A stretch of 64,000 nt of DNA, from positions 32,001 to 96,000 of the IMG/VR virus record IMGVR_UViG_3300045988_011313; one strand, given 5' to 3'. Source of the stretch: a virus. The notes beneath the pieces are model-generated. The model made no database searches and was not told the DNA's origin. It worked only from the letters and a program-made list of their open reading frames with translations. The position numbers and the translations under genes are program-made. Positions 14,206-22,241 of the stretch are shown here, in pieces (within the stretch, counting starts at the first letter, position 1; every line of letters starts with the position of its first letter).

Positions 14206-14352
14206 ATGAATGTAGATAAAGCAAAGAGAAACATCAGAAAAGTATATAAAGATATTCAGACAGAATCTGCTTATGGTAGCACGGTTAGTGTTAGCAAGAT
14301 GAATGAATGGGCAGAAATACTTGATGATGCCATTGCATTCTTAGGAGACTGA
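14206..14352 (+). CDS. Small hypothetical protein (48 aa, MNVDKAKRNIRK...)
   Basis: My own translation; below the track's cut-off. It forms a tight head-to-tail series with the next two ORFs. Confidence 0.45.
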   Translation: MNVDKAKRNIRKVYKDIQTESAYGSTVSVSKMNEWAEILDDAIAFLGD

Positions 14353-14355
14353 CTT

Positions 14356-14526
14356 ATGAATAAAATGTATCAGATAGACCAAGACCTCAAAGACAAGCTA
14401 GTCAAGTACTTCTCAACCATCGAGGAAATGGCAGATGAACTGACTACTGGTAATGTGGCTCACAAGAAAACAGCCATCAAGGGGTTTGCTGGTAGAGCAA
14501 AGGAATATCTAATTAAGCATACATAA
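14356..14526 (+). CDS. Small hypothetical protein (56 aa, MNKMYQIDQDLKDK...)
   Basis: My own translation; 3-nt gap from the previous ORF. Confidence 0.45.
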   Translation: MNKMYQIDQDLKDKLVKYFSTIEEMADELTTGNVAHKKTAIKGFAGRAKEYLIKHT

Positions 14527-14527
14527 T

Positions 14528-14665
14528 ATGAGTAAATGGATAGGAAAATGGAAGAAATCTCGTCAACCCTATGGATGGACTGGAATACTTTATTGGAATA
14601 ACATCCCAATAACACGTATGTATGAATCTGAATTTGATTTATTAATGAATAAACCAACAAAATGA
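14528..14665 (+). CDS. Small hypothetical protein (45 aa, MSKWIGKWKKSRQPYGW...)
   Basis: My own translation; 1-nt gap from the previous ORF. Confidence 0.4.
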   Translation: MSKWIGKWKKSRQPYGWTGILYWNNIPITRMYESEFDLLMNKPTK

Positions 14666-14671
14666 TTAACT

Positions 14672-14977
14672 ATGGATAAGAAGAAAGTTGAAGAGCTGAT
14701 AAAAGAAGCAAAACATTTAGCAATTTTACGCAAATATGAAAATAGACAAGCATATTTGAATAATTGCATTCGTTGTTTGAAAGAAGCTTTGGAAGAACTC
14801 TCCAAGTCTGACTGGATTTCTGTAGAGGATGAACCTGCACCAAGACTTGAATGGGACGGCTCTTGGAATGATATTGTTGTGTGCTACAAAGATAAATGGG
14901 TACTTCCTTTATCTTACGTTGTACGCAATGATGTAGAGTTCACACATTGGCGTAGAATCGAAAAGTTGGAGGAGTAA
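14672..14977 (+). CDS. DUF551-like phage protein (101 aa)
   Basis: DWISVEDEPAP...VVCY...THWRRI resembles my recollection of the DUF551 pattern (WISVKD.LP ... THW). It uses CGN Arg codons, unlike the rest of the genome. Confidence 0.5.
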   Translation: MDKKKVEELIKEAKHLAILRKYENRQAYLNNCIRCLKEALEELSKSDWISVEDEPAPRLEWDGSWNDIVVCYKDKWVLPLSYVVRNDVEFTHWRRIEKLEE

Positions 14978-14979
14978 GT

Positions 14980-15207
14980 ATGAAGGCATTAAAAAGATTA
15001 GTATATGTGCTACTTATGTATTCAACATGTATCATAACTCCATTTATAGATATAATATTTATACTTATACCAATTAAGTGGATAATAACTGGGAGTGTTT
15101 TACGACAGAAAGTAACTAAAGGGAAGAAAACATTCTATGTTTATACCATAACGGAAGTGGCATATTATAGTATGGATAAGTATTTAACTAAATTATTAAA
15201 GCTATGA
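14980..15207 (+). CDS. Small membrane protein (75 aa)
   Basis: ORF track; hydrophobic N-terminal half. Confidence 0.55.
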   Translation: MKALKRLVYVLLMYSTCIITPFIDIIFILIPIKWIITGSVLRQKVTKGKKTFYVYTITEVAYYSMDKYLTKLLKL

Positions 15208-15590
15208 ATAGAGAACAAGCAAAACAGCTATTGCCTATTATTCAAGCATTTGCAGAAGGTAAAACAATACAATATCGTCACGGAGATGTAGATTGGGTAG
15301 ATGTTGCTCCTTATAGTGTTCTTGATTTTAATGATGATACTTCAAAATATCGTATTAAACCAGAATCAAAATACCGTCCTTTTGCAAATGCAGAAGAGTG
15401 CTGGCAGGAAATGCAAAAACATCAACCATTTGGGTGGTTGAAGATAGATGATTGGTATTGCACAATAAAAGAAATTAGACCTACATGTACTTTTTGTCAT
15501 GGTGGTGGGGATGTATTCTATTATGCAGATATGGTAAAGAAAATAAACTTTGCTGATGGCACTCCATTTGGTATTAAAGAGGAGGAATAG
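15204..15590 (+). CDS. Hypothetical protein (128 aa)
   Basis: ORF track; ATGA coupling. Confidence 0.65.
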   Translation: MNREQAKQLLPIIQAFAEGKTIQYRHGDVDWVDVAPYSVLDFNDDTSKYRIKPESKYRPFANAEECWQEMQKHQPFGWLKIDDWYCTIKEIRPTCTFCHGGGDVFYYADMVKKINFADGTPFGIKEEE

Positions 15591-15906
15591 TAGAGAATAT
15601 TGATATAAAACTTAAAGAGATATAGTTATGGAGCAACGCATTATCAAATTTAAGGCAAAACCAATGTAAATAACCGTCCTTATAGGACATAATAATAAAT
15701 AATATGAATAAAAGATTAACAAATCACCTTCTTCTGTAAAAGGGAGAGGGGGATAAAAAAATATACTTTAATTGGTGGAGCGAGTCGCTCTTTCTGTACA
15801 GAGTATGTAATTTCAAGCATAATATAAGATAGCTCTGTTGTTATGTGATGCTATGCAGCATACAGGAGTTTCTAATATAATTAGAACGTAAGTATCTTAT
15901 ATTTAC

Positions 15907-15980
15907 ACTCTCATAGCTCAGCAGCATAGAGCATTGGTTTCCTAAACCAAGGGTCGAGGGTTGGAGTCCCTCTGGGAGTA
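15907..15980 (+). tRNA. tRNA-Arg(CCT)
   Basis: Acceptor ACTCTCA/TGGGAGT; D GCTC/GAGC; anticodon arm TTGGT-TTCCTAA-ACCAA; T-loop TTGGAGT (G at position 56). Confidence 0.75.
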
Positions 15981-16069
15981 CTAAGGTGTTATTTGTAAAG
16001 GTAATTTGATTGTTTTTAGGTATTTATTATAGGAAACTGGTATGTGATATATAGGTTTCCTTTTGTTAT

Positions 16070-16141
16070 GTCTCCATAGTTCAAGGGATAGAACAATAGT
16101 CTTCTAAACTATATATCTGAGTTCGAGTCTCAGTGGAGATA
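16070..16141 (+). tRNA. tRNA-Arg(TCT), second copy
   Basis: Acceptor GTCTCCA/TGGAGAT; anticodon arm ATAGT-CTTCTAA-ACTAT; T-arm CTGAG-TTCGAGT-CTCAG. Confidence 0.8.
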
Positions 16142-16352
16142 CAATGTCTATTTAACTACTATTTCCTGACCATGCTGTGCAAAATGACTGAAAATGTGGT
16201 GCTGATAGGTAAGCTATCACCACTTATAAATGCAACTACTTCAATGTGGGGATATAAAGAGAAAGTTACGTGACTTTAATAATGATGTTTCAATAGGAAA
16301 CAATATTTGACTTTGTTAGGACATTCTTTCAATAAGAAATGAATCCAAATAA

Positions 16353-16735
16353 GGGGCATTTTTTGGTTTTGATTGCTGATTATTTAGTAAGAGAACATGC
16401 AAAGACTGATGGAAAGACATCAAAACAATAACTGGCAATACTTCTTATAGAGTTGCTGCCTAAATAGGCTGAGTAGCACTTACTTGGAAACAGAAAGGTG
16501 CAAAGCCTGAATGAAGACTAAGGCTGAGGGTCCTACTTTAAGAGCATTAATAGGCTGTGGTCTCGCAGAAGGTAACTCAACTTTTTCCTTGTTTATGGAC
16601 AATAAAATAAGGTGGTGGAAATGCTGTAAATCCAGACAGACCCAGTGGGTAACTGACCACATTAAAAAGTAGTAAGCATGTGTAATTCTTTTATTAAAGA
16701 TTAGTAAGACAGGGGTTCGATTCCCCTATGCTCCA
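16353..16735 (+). ncRNA. ssrA: tmRNA (SsrA), about 383 nt, with tag ORF GNTSYRVAA*
   Basis: The 5' GGGGCAT pairs with the 3' ATGCTCC, including the G3.U70 alanine identity pair, and A follows as discriminator. The 3' T-arm is AGGGG-TTCGATT-CCCCT. The 5' TGGTTTTGA resembles Bacteroidota tmRNA. The internal frame ggc aat act tct tat aga gtt gct gcc taa lies at 16434-16463. Confidence 0.8.
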
Positions 16736-16769
16736 CAAAATAACTTTAGTATTAACTAAAAAAAAAAGT

Positions 16770-17165
16770 ATGTTTTATTTATTAATGTTTGAGTTCATGC
16801 TATTGGGAGTAATAGGTGGACTATTAGGTATATTCTATAGGAATTGCCTGAAGGTTGAGGATATGATATTCTATCCTTTGTATAGTAAAGTGTTTGTACC
16901 TATGGTTAAAAGTGGCAATAGGTTCTTACATTTTATAGCATTCCCATTAGGATTCTGCATCTATTGTAGTACCTTTTGGATAACTATGCTCATTCTTATA
17001 CTCTTCCTGACAAGCTGGGATTCACTCCCTAAGTGGCAGTATGTTGTAATAGGAATCATAGCAGCAGAAGGTGTAGCTCACCTAATAGTGTGTATAAGTT
17101 GCAGATTCTTAATATACAAACATCCTGACTTGGATAAGCATTACTTAAAGCATTTACATGAGTAA
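16770..17165 (+). CDS. Polytopic membrane protein (131 aa; start trimmed)
   Basis: The first 14 codons of the track ORF 16728-17165 overlap the tmRNA 3' end. MFYLLMFEF starts at 16770. It has 4 hydrophobic helices. Confidence 0.6.
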   Translation: MFYLLMFEFMLLGVIGGLLGIFYRNCLKVEDMIFYPLYSKVFVPMVKSGNRFLHFIAFPLGFCIYCSTFWITMLILILFLTSWDSLPKWQYVVIGIIAAEGVAHLIVCISCRFLIYKHPDLDKHYLKHLHE

Positions 17166-17214
17166 CTAAAACATGTGAGTATTTATTTGTGATTAATTTA
17201 TTTTTAATAGAATT

Positions 17215-17649
17215 ATGATTGATATTAAGTTAAATCTAAGTATTGAACTTCCAGGAAGTACTATGCTTAGTAAGGAGGAGTGCCTTAAAACAACTCACAA
17301 AGTGATTGAGAAGAAGACCAAAGCTGGTAAAATCTACAAGAAAACCATTAAGGTAGAAGTAGAGGATTGGGACAAGGTGGAGAAGCACTCTATGAGAGTG
17401 ACTAATGCAAATGGTACCAATCCAGAGATTATCACTTTCCATACAAGAAAGTGTAAACCAGCTACACAGTCCCTGAACATGAGCAAGGAGGCTTATGAGC
17501 ACATGATAGATGAGGGTTCTTGTCCTTCATGGTCTAAGCCTGGCAAGTGGGCTGCAATGAGTGAAAAGGAAAGACTTGAAGCTCATTTGCAGAGAACAGT
17601 GGAATACCTTGGAGGTATATCATATACCTATCAGGTGTTTGAGGACTAA
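17215..17649 (+). CDS. Hypothetical protein (144 aa)
   Basis: ORF track. Confidence 0.7.
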   Translation: MIDIKLNLSIELPGSTMLSKEECLKTTHKVIEKKTKAGKIYKKTIKVEVEDWDKVEKHSMRVTNANGTNPEIITFHTRKCKPATQSLNMSKEAYEHMIDEGSCPSWSKPGKWAAMSEKERLEAHLQRTVEYLGGISYTYQVFED

Positions 17650-17668
17650 ATGGAGGTGTTCTTGTAGT

Positions 17669-17712
17669 AAGGGCAGGGGTACTAATAATACCCTTGTCTT
17701 TCTTTTTTTTTT
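17669..17712 (+). terminator. Intrinsic terminator
   Basis: About 13-bp stem (AAGGGCAGGGGTA / TACCCTTGTCTTT, with G.U pairs) followed by T9. Confidence 0.6.
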
Positions 17713-17749
17713 ACAACCTACTGATTAAGTGGGATAAAACTAAGAGACT

Positions 17750-18301
17750 ATGGGATATGTTCCTAAATTTATACATTTTAGTCATTCCGTTGATGTAAAG
17801 TACCCATTTGGTGTTTATTGGGAGCATAGCTACATACAACAGAGTGCAGAAGTAATCCTCAATACATACAAAGAAGATATTAAGGAAGGCACAAGCATTA
17901 CTTTTGTAGCAAGAGGTACATCAGGAGCTATGATTGCAGGTGCTATGCTCAATGAGTTACATAACATTAACCCAACTACTAAGACATATATCCTGATTGT
18001 CAGGAAGGAGGAAGAAGTAGGTGCTCATTGTTCTTCATTATATGGAATTGATATGGTAGGTACTACAAGGTTTATAGTTGTGGATGACTTCATAGCATCT
18101 GGTGAAACCATTGAAGCAATCATACAGAAACTAGATTGGTACTTTACTAGTGTAGCACATCATCCTACTAATAAGTATGATATGCTTTGTGTAGGTAACT
18201 CTATTGATGCAAAAGCATTAAAGAAGAACTCATGTGCTGGTTACAGAAAATGGAAAGGGATTTGTTCAAGATTTAAGTATGTAGTATGCTGCCCTGATTA
18301 A
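17750..18301 (+). CDS. Type I phosphoribosyltransferase-fold protein (183 aa)
   Basis: PRPP-binding motif RFIVVDDFIASGETIEAI (hydrophobic x4-DD-x3-SG-x-T). Confidence 0.6.
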   Translation: MGYVPKFIHFSHSVDVKYPFGVYWEHSYIQQSAEVILNTYKEDIKEGTSITFVARGTSGAMIAGAMLNELHNINPTTKTYILIVRKEEEVGAHCSSLYGIDMVGTTRFIVVDDFIASGETIEAIIQKLDWYFTSVAHHPTNKYDMLCVGNSIDAKALKKNSCAGYRKWKGICSRFKYVVCCPD

Positions 18302-18328
18302 ATTGGGAGCTAAATAAAAAAGTAATTT

Positions 18329-18520
18329 ATGACAAGGATATGGATTATAGTTTTACTAATAATATACGTGATGGTCCTTATTAATAAATATGAACCATCA
18401 ATAGATATAATAGTACAAGGTAAAAGGTATAGGGTGTTATTATGGTATAATAGCCATAAGTCAAATTATCCTAATAAACCTACGGTAGTAAGAAATTACA
18501 TACAACTGTTTGTAATATGA
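18329..18520 (+). CDS. Small membrane protein (63 aa)
   Basis: N-terminal TM segment IWIIVLLIIYVMVLI. Confidence 0.55.
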   Translation: MTRIWIIVLLIIYVMVLINKYEPSIDIIVQGKRYRVLLWYNSHKSNYPNKPTVVRNYIQLFVI

Positions 18521-18723
18521 GTAAAGGAAGAAAGTATAAAATACCCCATAAGTATCTTAGCAAATATCCTATAAGGAAAAGGACTAGATATAAGGTAATG
18601 GGAGGTAAAAACCGTAAAAAATCAAAGTTTAAGTTCTTTAGGCACCTGAAATTCTGGAAGACTCTAGAAGGTCATATATCTATGAGGAAGATGGTGGCTA
18701 TGTATAGTTGGATTTGGAATTAA
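18517..18723 (+). CDS. Very basic small protein (68 aa)
   Basis: K/R-rich; ATGA coupling. Confidence 0.5.
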   Translation: MSKGRKYKIPHKYLSKYPIRKRTRYKVMGGKNRKKSKFKFFRHLKFWKTLEGHISMRKMVAMYSWIWN

Positions 18724-18727
18724 TAAT

Positions 18728-18919
18728 ATGAGAAAGTTCATTATCAAGGTAGTATGTTTAGTACTGTGTTTATTCATAGCACTAAATGCTGTTACTCAAT
18801 TACTCACCGTGAGTAACACAGCTGCTAACATTGCAGGAATTATATTGTTCGTAGTAGCTATATGGATAGGTGTAGAAGTAATGATTAAATTAATTAAAAC
18901 AAAAGAAAATGAAAAGTAA
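18728..18919 (+). CDS. Small two-TM membrane protein (63 aa)
   Basis: Hydrophobic helices VVCLVLCLFIAL and IAGIILFVVAIWIGV. Confidence 0.55.
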   Translation: MRKFIIKVVCLVLCLFIALNAVTQLLTVSNTAANIAGIILFVVAIWIGVEVMIKLIKTKENEK

Positions 18920-19694
18920 AGTAATTATGTGCCTTATGGCATTGTTTACCATGTTGAGTATGTCCTCATGTGGTTATGAGAGAGTAGATGCAGGTTGTGA
19001 GGGTATTAAGGTAAACCTCTATGGCTCTGACAAGGGTGTGGATGATGTATCTTTGGTTACTGGTGCAGTGTGGTATAATCCATTCACTGAGCAAGTATAT
19101 GAGTATCCTACTTATGTACAGACAGTAGATTATCCTGCTTTCACAATTAATGCAAAGGATGGCTCAGAGTTCAGTATTGACCCTACTATTTCATTGAAGA
19201 TTGCTGATGGTAAGTCACCTCAGGTATTCAAGAAGTATAGGAAGGAGCTTGCTGATGTTATCAATGGAACCCTCTTTAATTATGTAAAGGATGCCTTCAG
19301 GATTCAGCTCAATAAGTATACCACTGATGAGATTGTATCAAACAGAGATATGGTAGAGAAAGCTATTGAAGCACATCTTTCTAAAGCATTGCTTAAAGAG
19401 AATTTTCAGTTGGAGCAACTGACTTCAGGATTGAAATATCCTCAGTCTATTGTTGATGCAGTAAATGCAAAGAATGCTGCTATTCAGAAAGCTCAGAAAG
19501 CTCAGAATGAGTTAGCTGTAGTAAAGGCAGAGGCAGAGAAGAAAGTAGTTGCAGCACAGGCTGAAGCAGAGGCTAATAAGCTTAGAACACAGGCTTTGAC
19601 ACCATTGATTCTTAAGCAGCAGTGGATTGAGAAGTGGGATGGTAAGCTCCCTGTATATGGTAGTTTGCCTACATTATTTAAAGGTATAGAATAA
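18909..19694 (+). CDS. SPFH/band-7 (prohibitin-like) lipoprotein (261 aa)
   Basis: Signal peptide with lipobox LSMSSC. The body carries the Ala/Glu-rich coiled segment AVVKAEAEKKVVAAQAEAEANKL that is typical of SPFH proteins. Confidence 0.55.
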   Translation: MKSKVIMCLMALFTMLSMSSCGYERVDAGCEGIKVNLYGSDKGVDDVSLVTGAVWYNPFTEQVYEYPTYVQTVDYPAFTINAKDGSEFSIDPTISLKIADGKSPQVFKKYRKELADVINGTLFNYVKDAFRIQLNKYTTDEIVSNRDMVEKAIEAHLSKALLKENFQLEQLTSGLKYPQSIVDAVNAKNAAIQKAQKAQNELAVVKAEAEKKVVAAQAEAEANKLRTQALTPLILKQQWIEKWDGKLPVYGSLPTLFKGIE

Positions 19695-19696
19695 CT

Positions 19697-20005
19697 ATGG
19701 ATTGTATTATATTTGGTTTAATATCCTTTATAATCCAGGTATATGTACTCAAGCATACTTACTCCTATAGAGTAAAAGGTGATATTCCACTTGATTGGGC
19801 AGAAGCTGAAAAAATAGGTATTCCTTTATGGACAGTACTTATTATGCTTATTACCAGTATCATTCCATTTGTTAATATAGCAGAGACTATTGCGTTTTGG
19901 GCTGTATGGTTGAAATATTGTCTCAATCCTAATACAGGTCCATACTGTAATACTTGGTACACATATTGGAGATTCAAGGATAAATTCTTTTCAAGAAAGA
20001 TATGA
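19697..20005 (+). CDS. Membrane protein (102 aa)
   Basis: Three hydrophobic segments; ATGA coupling to the next gene. Confidence 0.6.
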   Translation: MDCIIFGLISFIIQVYVLKHTYSYRVKGDIPLDWAEAEKIGIPLWTVLIMLITSIIPFVNIAETIAFWAVWLKYCLNPNTGPYCNTWYTYWRFKDKFFSRKI

Positions 20006-20526
20006 GAAATAAATGGTTGAAAGCACTTATTGTAGCAGCTACAGTAGTGCCGTGGAGTGTAGTAATTGCATTACTCTTGCAAGTTAAGAGTATAGTCTCT
20101 CAACAGCCAAAGGTTGGAACTGCCCCTGTCATAGAGGTAGCTGATACCATTATTAATGAGCAACCAAAGTTCTTCTTTCAGACCCCTAAGGAGGGTCTGG
20201 AGGAGGCTTTGTCTTATTATGGTTTAAAGCATAAGGATATTGTCTATGCTCAGGCTGTTCTTGAAACAGGGCATTTCAAGTCTAAGGTATGCTTGAAATA
20301 TAATAATCTCTTTGGTCTTTATAATAGTAAAGAAAAGAGATATTGTAAGTTTAAGCATTGGACTGAAAGTGTTGTAGCTTATAAGGAGTGGATTCAAAAG
20401 AAATATCAACCTCCGAATAACTATTATGCTTTTCTTGAGAGTATTAACTATGCAAGTGATAAAGAATATGTAAGTACATTAAAAAGTATTGTAAATAAAG
20501 AGAATGACAAGAGAAGAGATACATGA
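20002..20526 (+). CDS. Signal-anchored glucosaminidase-family peptidoglycan hydrolase (174 aa; endolysin candidate)
   Basis: AQAVLETGHFKSKVCLKYNNLFGL matches the FlgJ/glucosaminidase core (AQA.LESGWG......NN.FG). It has an N-terminal TM anchor. Confidence 0.6.
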   Translation: MRNKWLKALIVAATVVPWSVVIALLLQVKSIVSQQPKVGTAPVIEVADTIINEQPKFFFQTPKEGLEEALSYYGLKHKDIVYAQAVLETGHFKSKVCLKYNNLFGLYNSKEKRYCKFKHWTESVVAYKEWIQKKYQPPNNYYAFLESINYASDKEYVSTLKSIVNKENDKRRDT

Positions 20527-21643
20527 TTTAGCCCTATCTAAGGTAGATAAGGCTAAGTACTTGATACTTGAGTTGATAACTGGAATGGGTAAGACTAAGG
20601 CAGCAATAGACCTCATTAATCATATATGTGATAGGGTATTCAGGAATGATGAAAGCCCTACTACTATACTTATTCTTGTGGCTAAGACTGTGCATAAACA
20701 GACTTGGAAGGATGAGATTGAGAAATGGGGAGGTATTAAGTCTGACTATATTACCATTGAATGCTATGAGTCATTAAAGAACTATGAGAACTCATGCTTT
20801 GATGTAGTGGTGGCAGATGAGATGCAGCATTTGTCAGAAGCAAGAATTGATGTATTGGAGACTATCCATATCAATGAATCTTTCATTGGATTGTCTGCCA
20901 CTATCAAGAGAGATATGAGGGATTATTTTATCCGCAGTCATAAGGCTGAGGTCATTAAATGTGGTCTCAAGGAGGCTGTAGAGGATGAAGTATTGCCTGA
21001 GCCTACAGTATATCTGTTGCCTTTAACCTTGGATAATTCTATATATAAATACAGAACCAAAAGATTTGGTAAGGAGGTTACTACTACTCAGAAAGGCTAT
21101 TATGATAGTGTCTCTTCACTTATAGAGTGGTACAAGAATAAGTACTTTAATTCAAGAAATGAGAGAATAAAGAACTTATGGCTTTCAACAGCAGGCAAAA
21201 GGTTGAAGTGGTGTGCTGAACAGAAGGAAGCTCTTGTATTACATCTTCTTGACAAGTTCAGGAATTACAAGACTTTGACTTTCTGTAGTAGTATTGAGCA
21301 GTCAGAGAGGTTGGGTAAGTATAATATCACCTCAAAGAATAAGGCTTCAGTGAAGAACCTTGAGATGTTTAACCTCAACAAGATTAAGCATATTACTGCC
21401 TGTAACATACTCAATGAAGGTGTGAACTTGACTAATTGTAGGATAGGTATATTCTGCAACTTGAATAGTTCGGAGATTGTAGTAAAGCAAAGAGTTGGTA
21501 GAATACTTAGACATAAATCCCCTATTATTATCATACCTTATTTCAAGGATACAAGAGAAGAAGAACTTGTACAGAAGATGATAGAGGAGTACTCTGAGGA
21601 TTCCATCATTAGTGTTGATAGTATTAATGATATTAAACTATGA
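20504..21643 (+). CDS. Superfamily 2 (DEAD/SNF2-like) helicase (379 aa)
   Basis: Walker A TGMGKTKAA, motif II VVADEMQHL, motif VI QRVGRILR. Confidence 0.65.
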   Translation: MTREEIHDLALSKVDKAKYLILELITGMGKTKAAIDLINHICDRVFRNDESPTTILILVAKTVHKQTWKDEIEKWGGIKSDYITIECYESLKNYENSCFDVVVADEMQHLSEARIDVLETIHINESFIGLSATIKRDMRDYFIRSHKAEVIKCGLKEAVEDEVLPEPTVYLLPLTLDNSIYKYRTKRFGKEVTTTQKGYYDSVSSLIEWYKNKYFNSRNERIKNLWLSTAGKRLKWCAEQKEALVLHLLDKFRNYKTLTFCSSIEQSERLGKYNITSKNKASVKNLEMFNLNKIKHITACNILNEGVNLTNCRIGIFCNLNSSEIVVKQRVGRILRHKSPIIIIPYFKDTREEELVQKMIEEYSEDSIISVDSINDIKL

Positions 21644-22239
21644 CAATATGTTTAAGTAAAGAAGGGTGTCAGAAGAACAACATTAGTCTTGCTGAGGCTC
21701 TTTTAATGCTTGCCATCCATAATAATGCTGACCTTGATGCAGCTCAAAAGGAGCTAATCAAGAAAGGCTATATAACTGCTAACAGGGATGACCTGTTTCA
21801 GCAGGTTGGATGGAGACTCACTAATAAGGGCACTGAGGCAATAGATTCTGTAATTGTAGATTCTGACAAGAAGCAGGAACCTAATGACAGGTTAGTTCAG
21901 TTGGCTACAAGGCTAAAGGAGATATTTCCTAAGGGCAAGAAAGATGGTACTAATTATTATTGGGCAGATGGAGTAGCTTTGATTGTACGAAGATTAAAGT
22001 TATTCTTCAAAAAGTATGGAAATACTTATACTGATGAGCAAATCATACAGGCAACCAGTAAGTATGTAGAGGGTTTCAATGGAAACTATACGTATATGAG
22101 GTTATTAAAGTATTTCATATTCAAAGAGAAAGTTGGTGCTGCTGGTGAGGTTGAAGGAGACTCAGAATTGATTAGTTATATTGAGAATGCTGGTCAAGAA
22201 GAGAATCTAAGGAATGATTGGACTTCTACAATTAACTGA
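21640..22239 (+). CDS. Hypothetical replication-module protein (199 aa)
   Basis: ORF track; coupled between two helicase genes. Confidence 0.7.
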   Translation: MTICLSKEGCQKNNISLAEALLMLAIHNNADLDAAQKELIKKGYITANRDDLFQQVGWRLTNKGTEAIDSVIVDSDKKQEPNDRLVQLATRLKEIFPKGKKDGTNYYWADGVALIVRRLKLFFKKYGNTYTDEQIIQATSKYVEGFNGNYTYMRLLKYFIFKEKVGAAGEVEGDSELISYIENAGQEENLRNDWTSTIN

Positions 22240-22241
22240 TT

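Noticed and set aside
14460-14805. Minus-strand ORFs 14460-14660 and 14590-14805
   Set aside because: The same interval is better explained by three head-to-tail plus-strand mini-ORFs and the 14672 ORF, all on the block's coding strand.
16480-16662. 60-aa minus-strand ORF
   Set aside because: It lies entirely inside the tmRNA gene.
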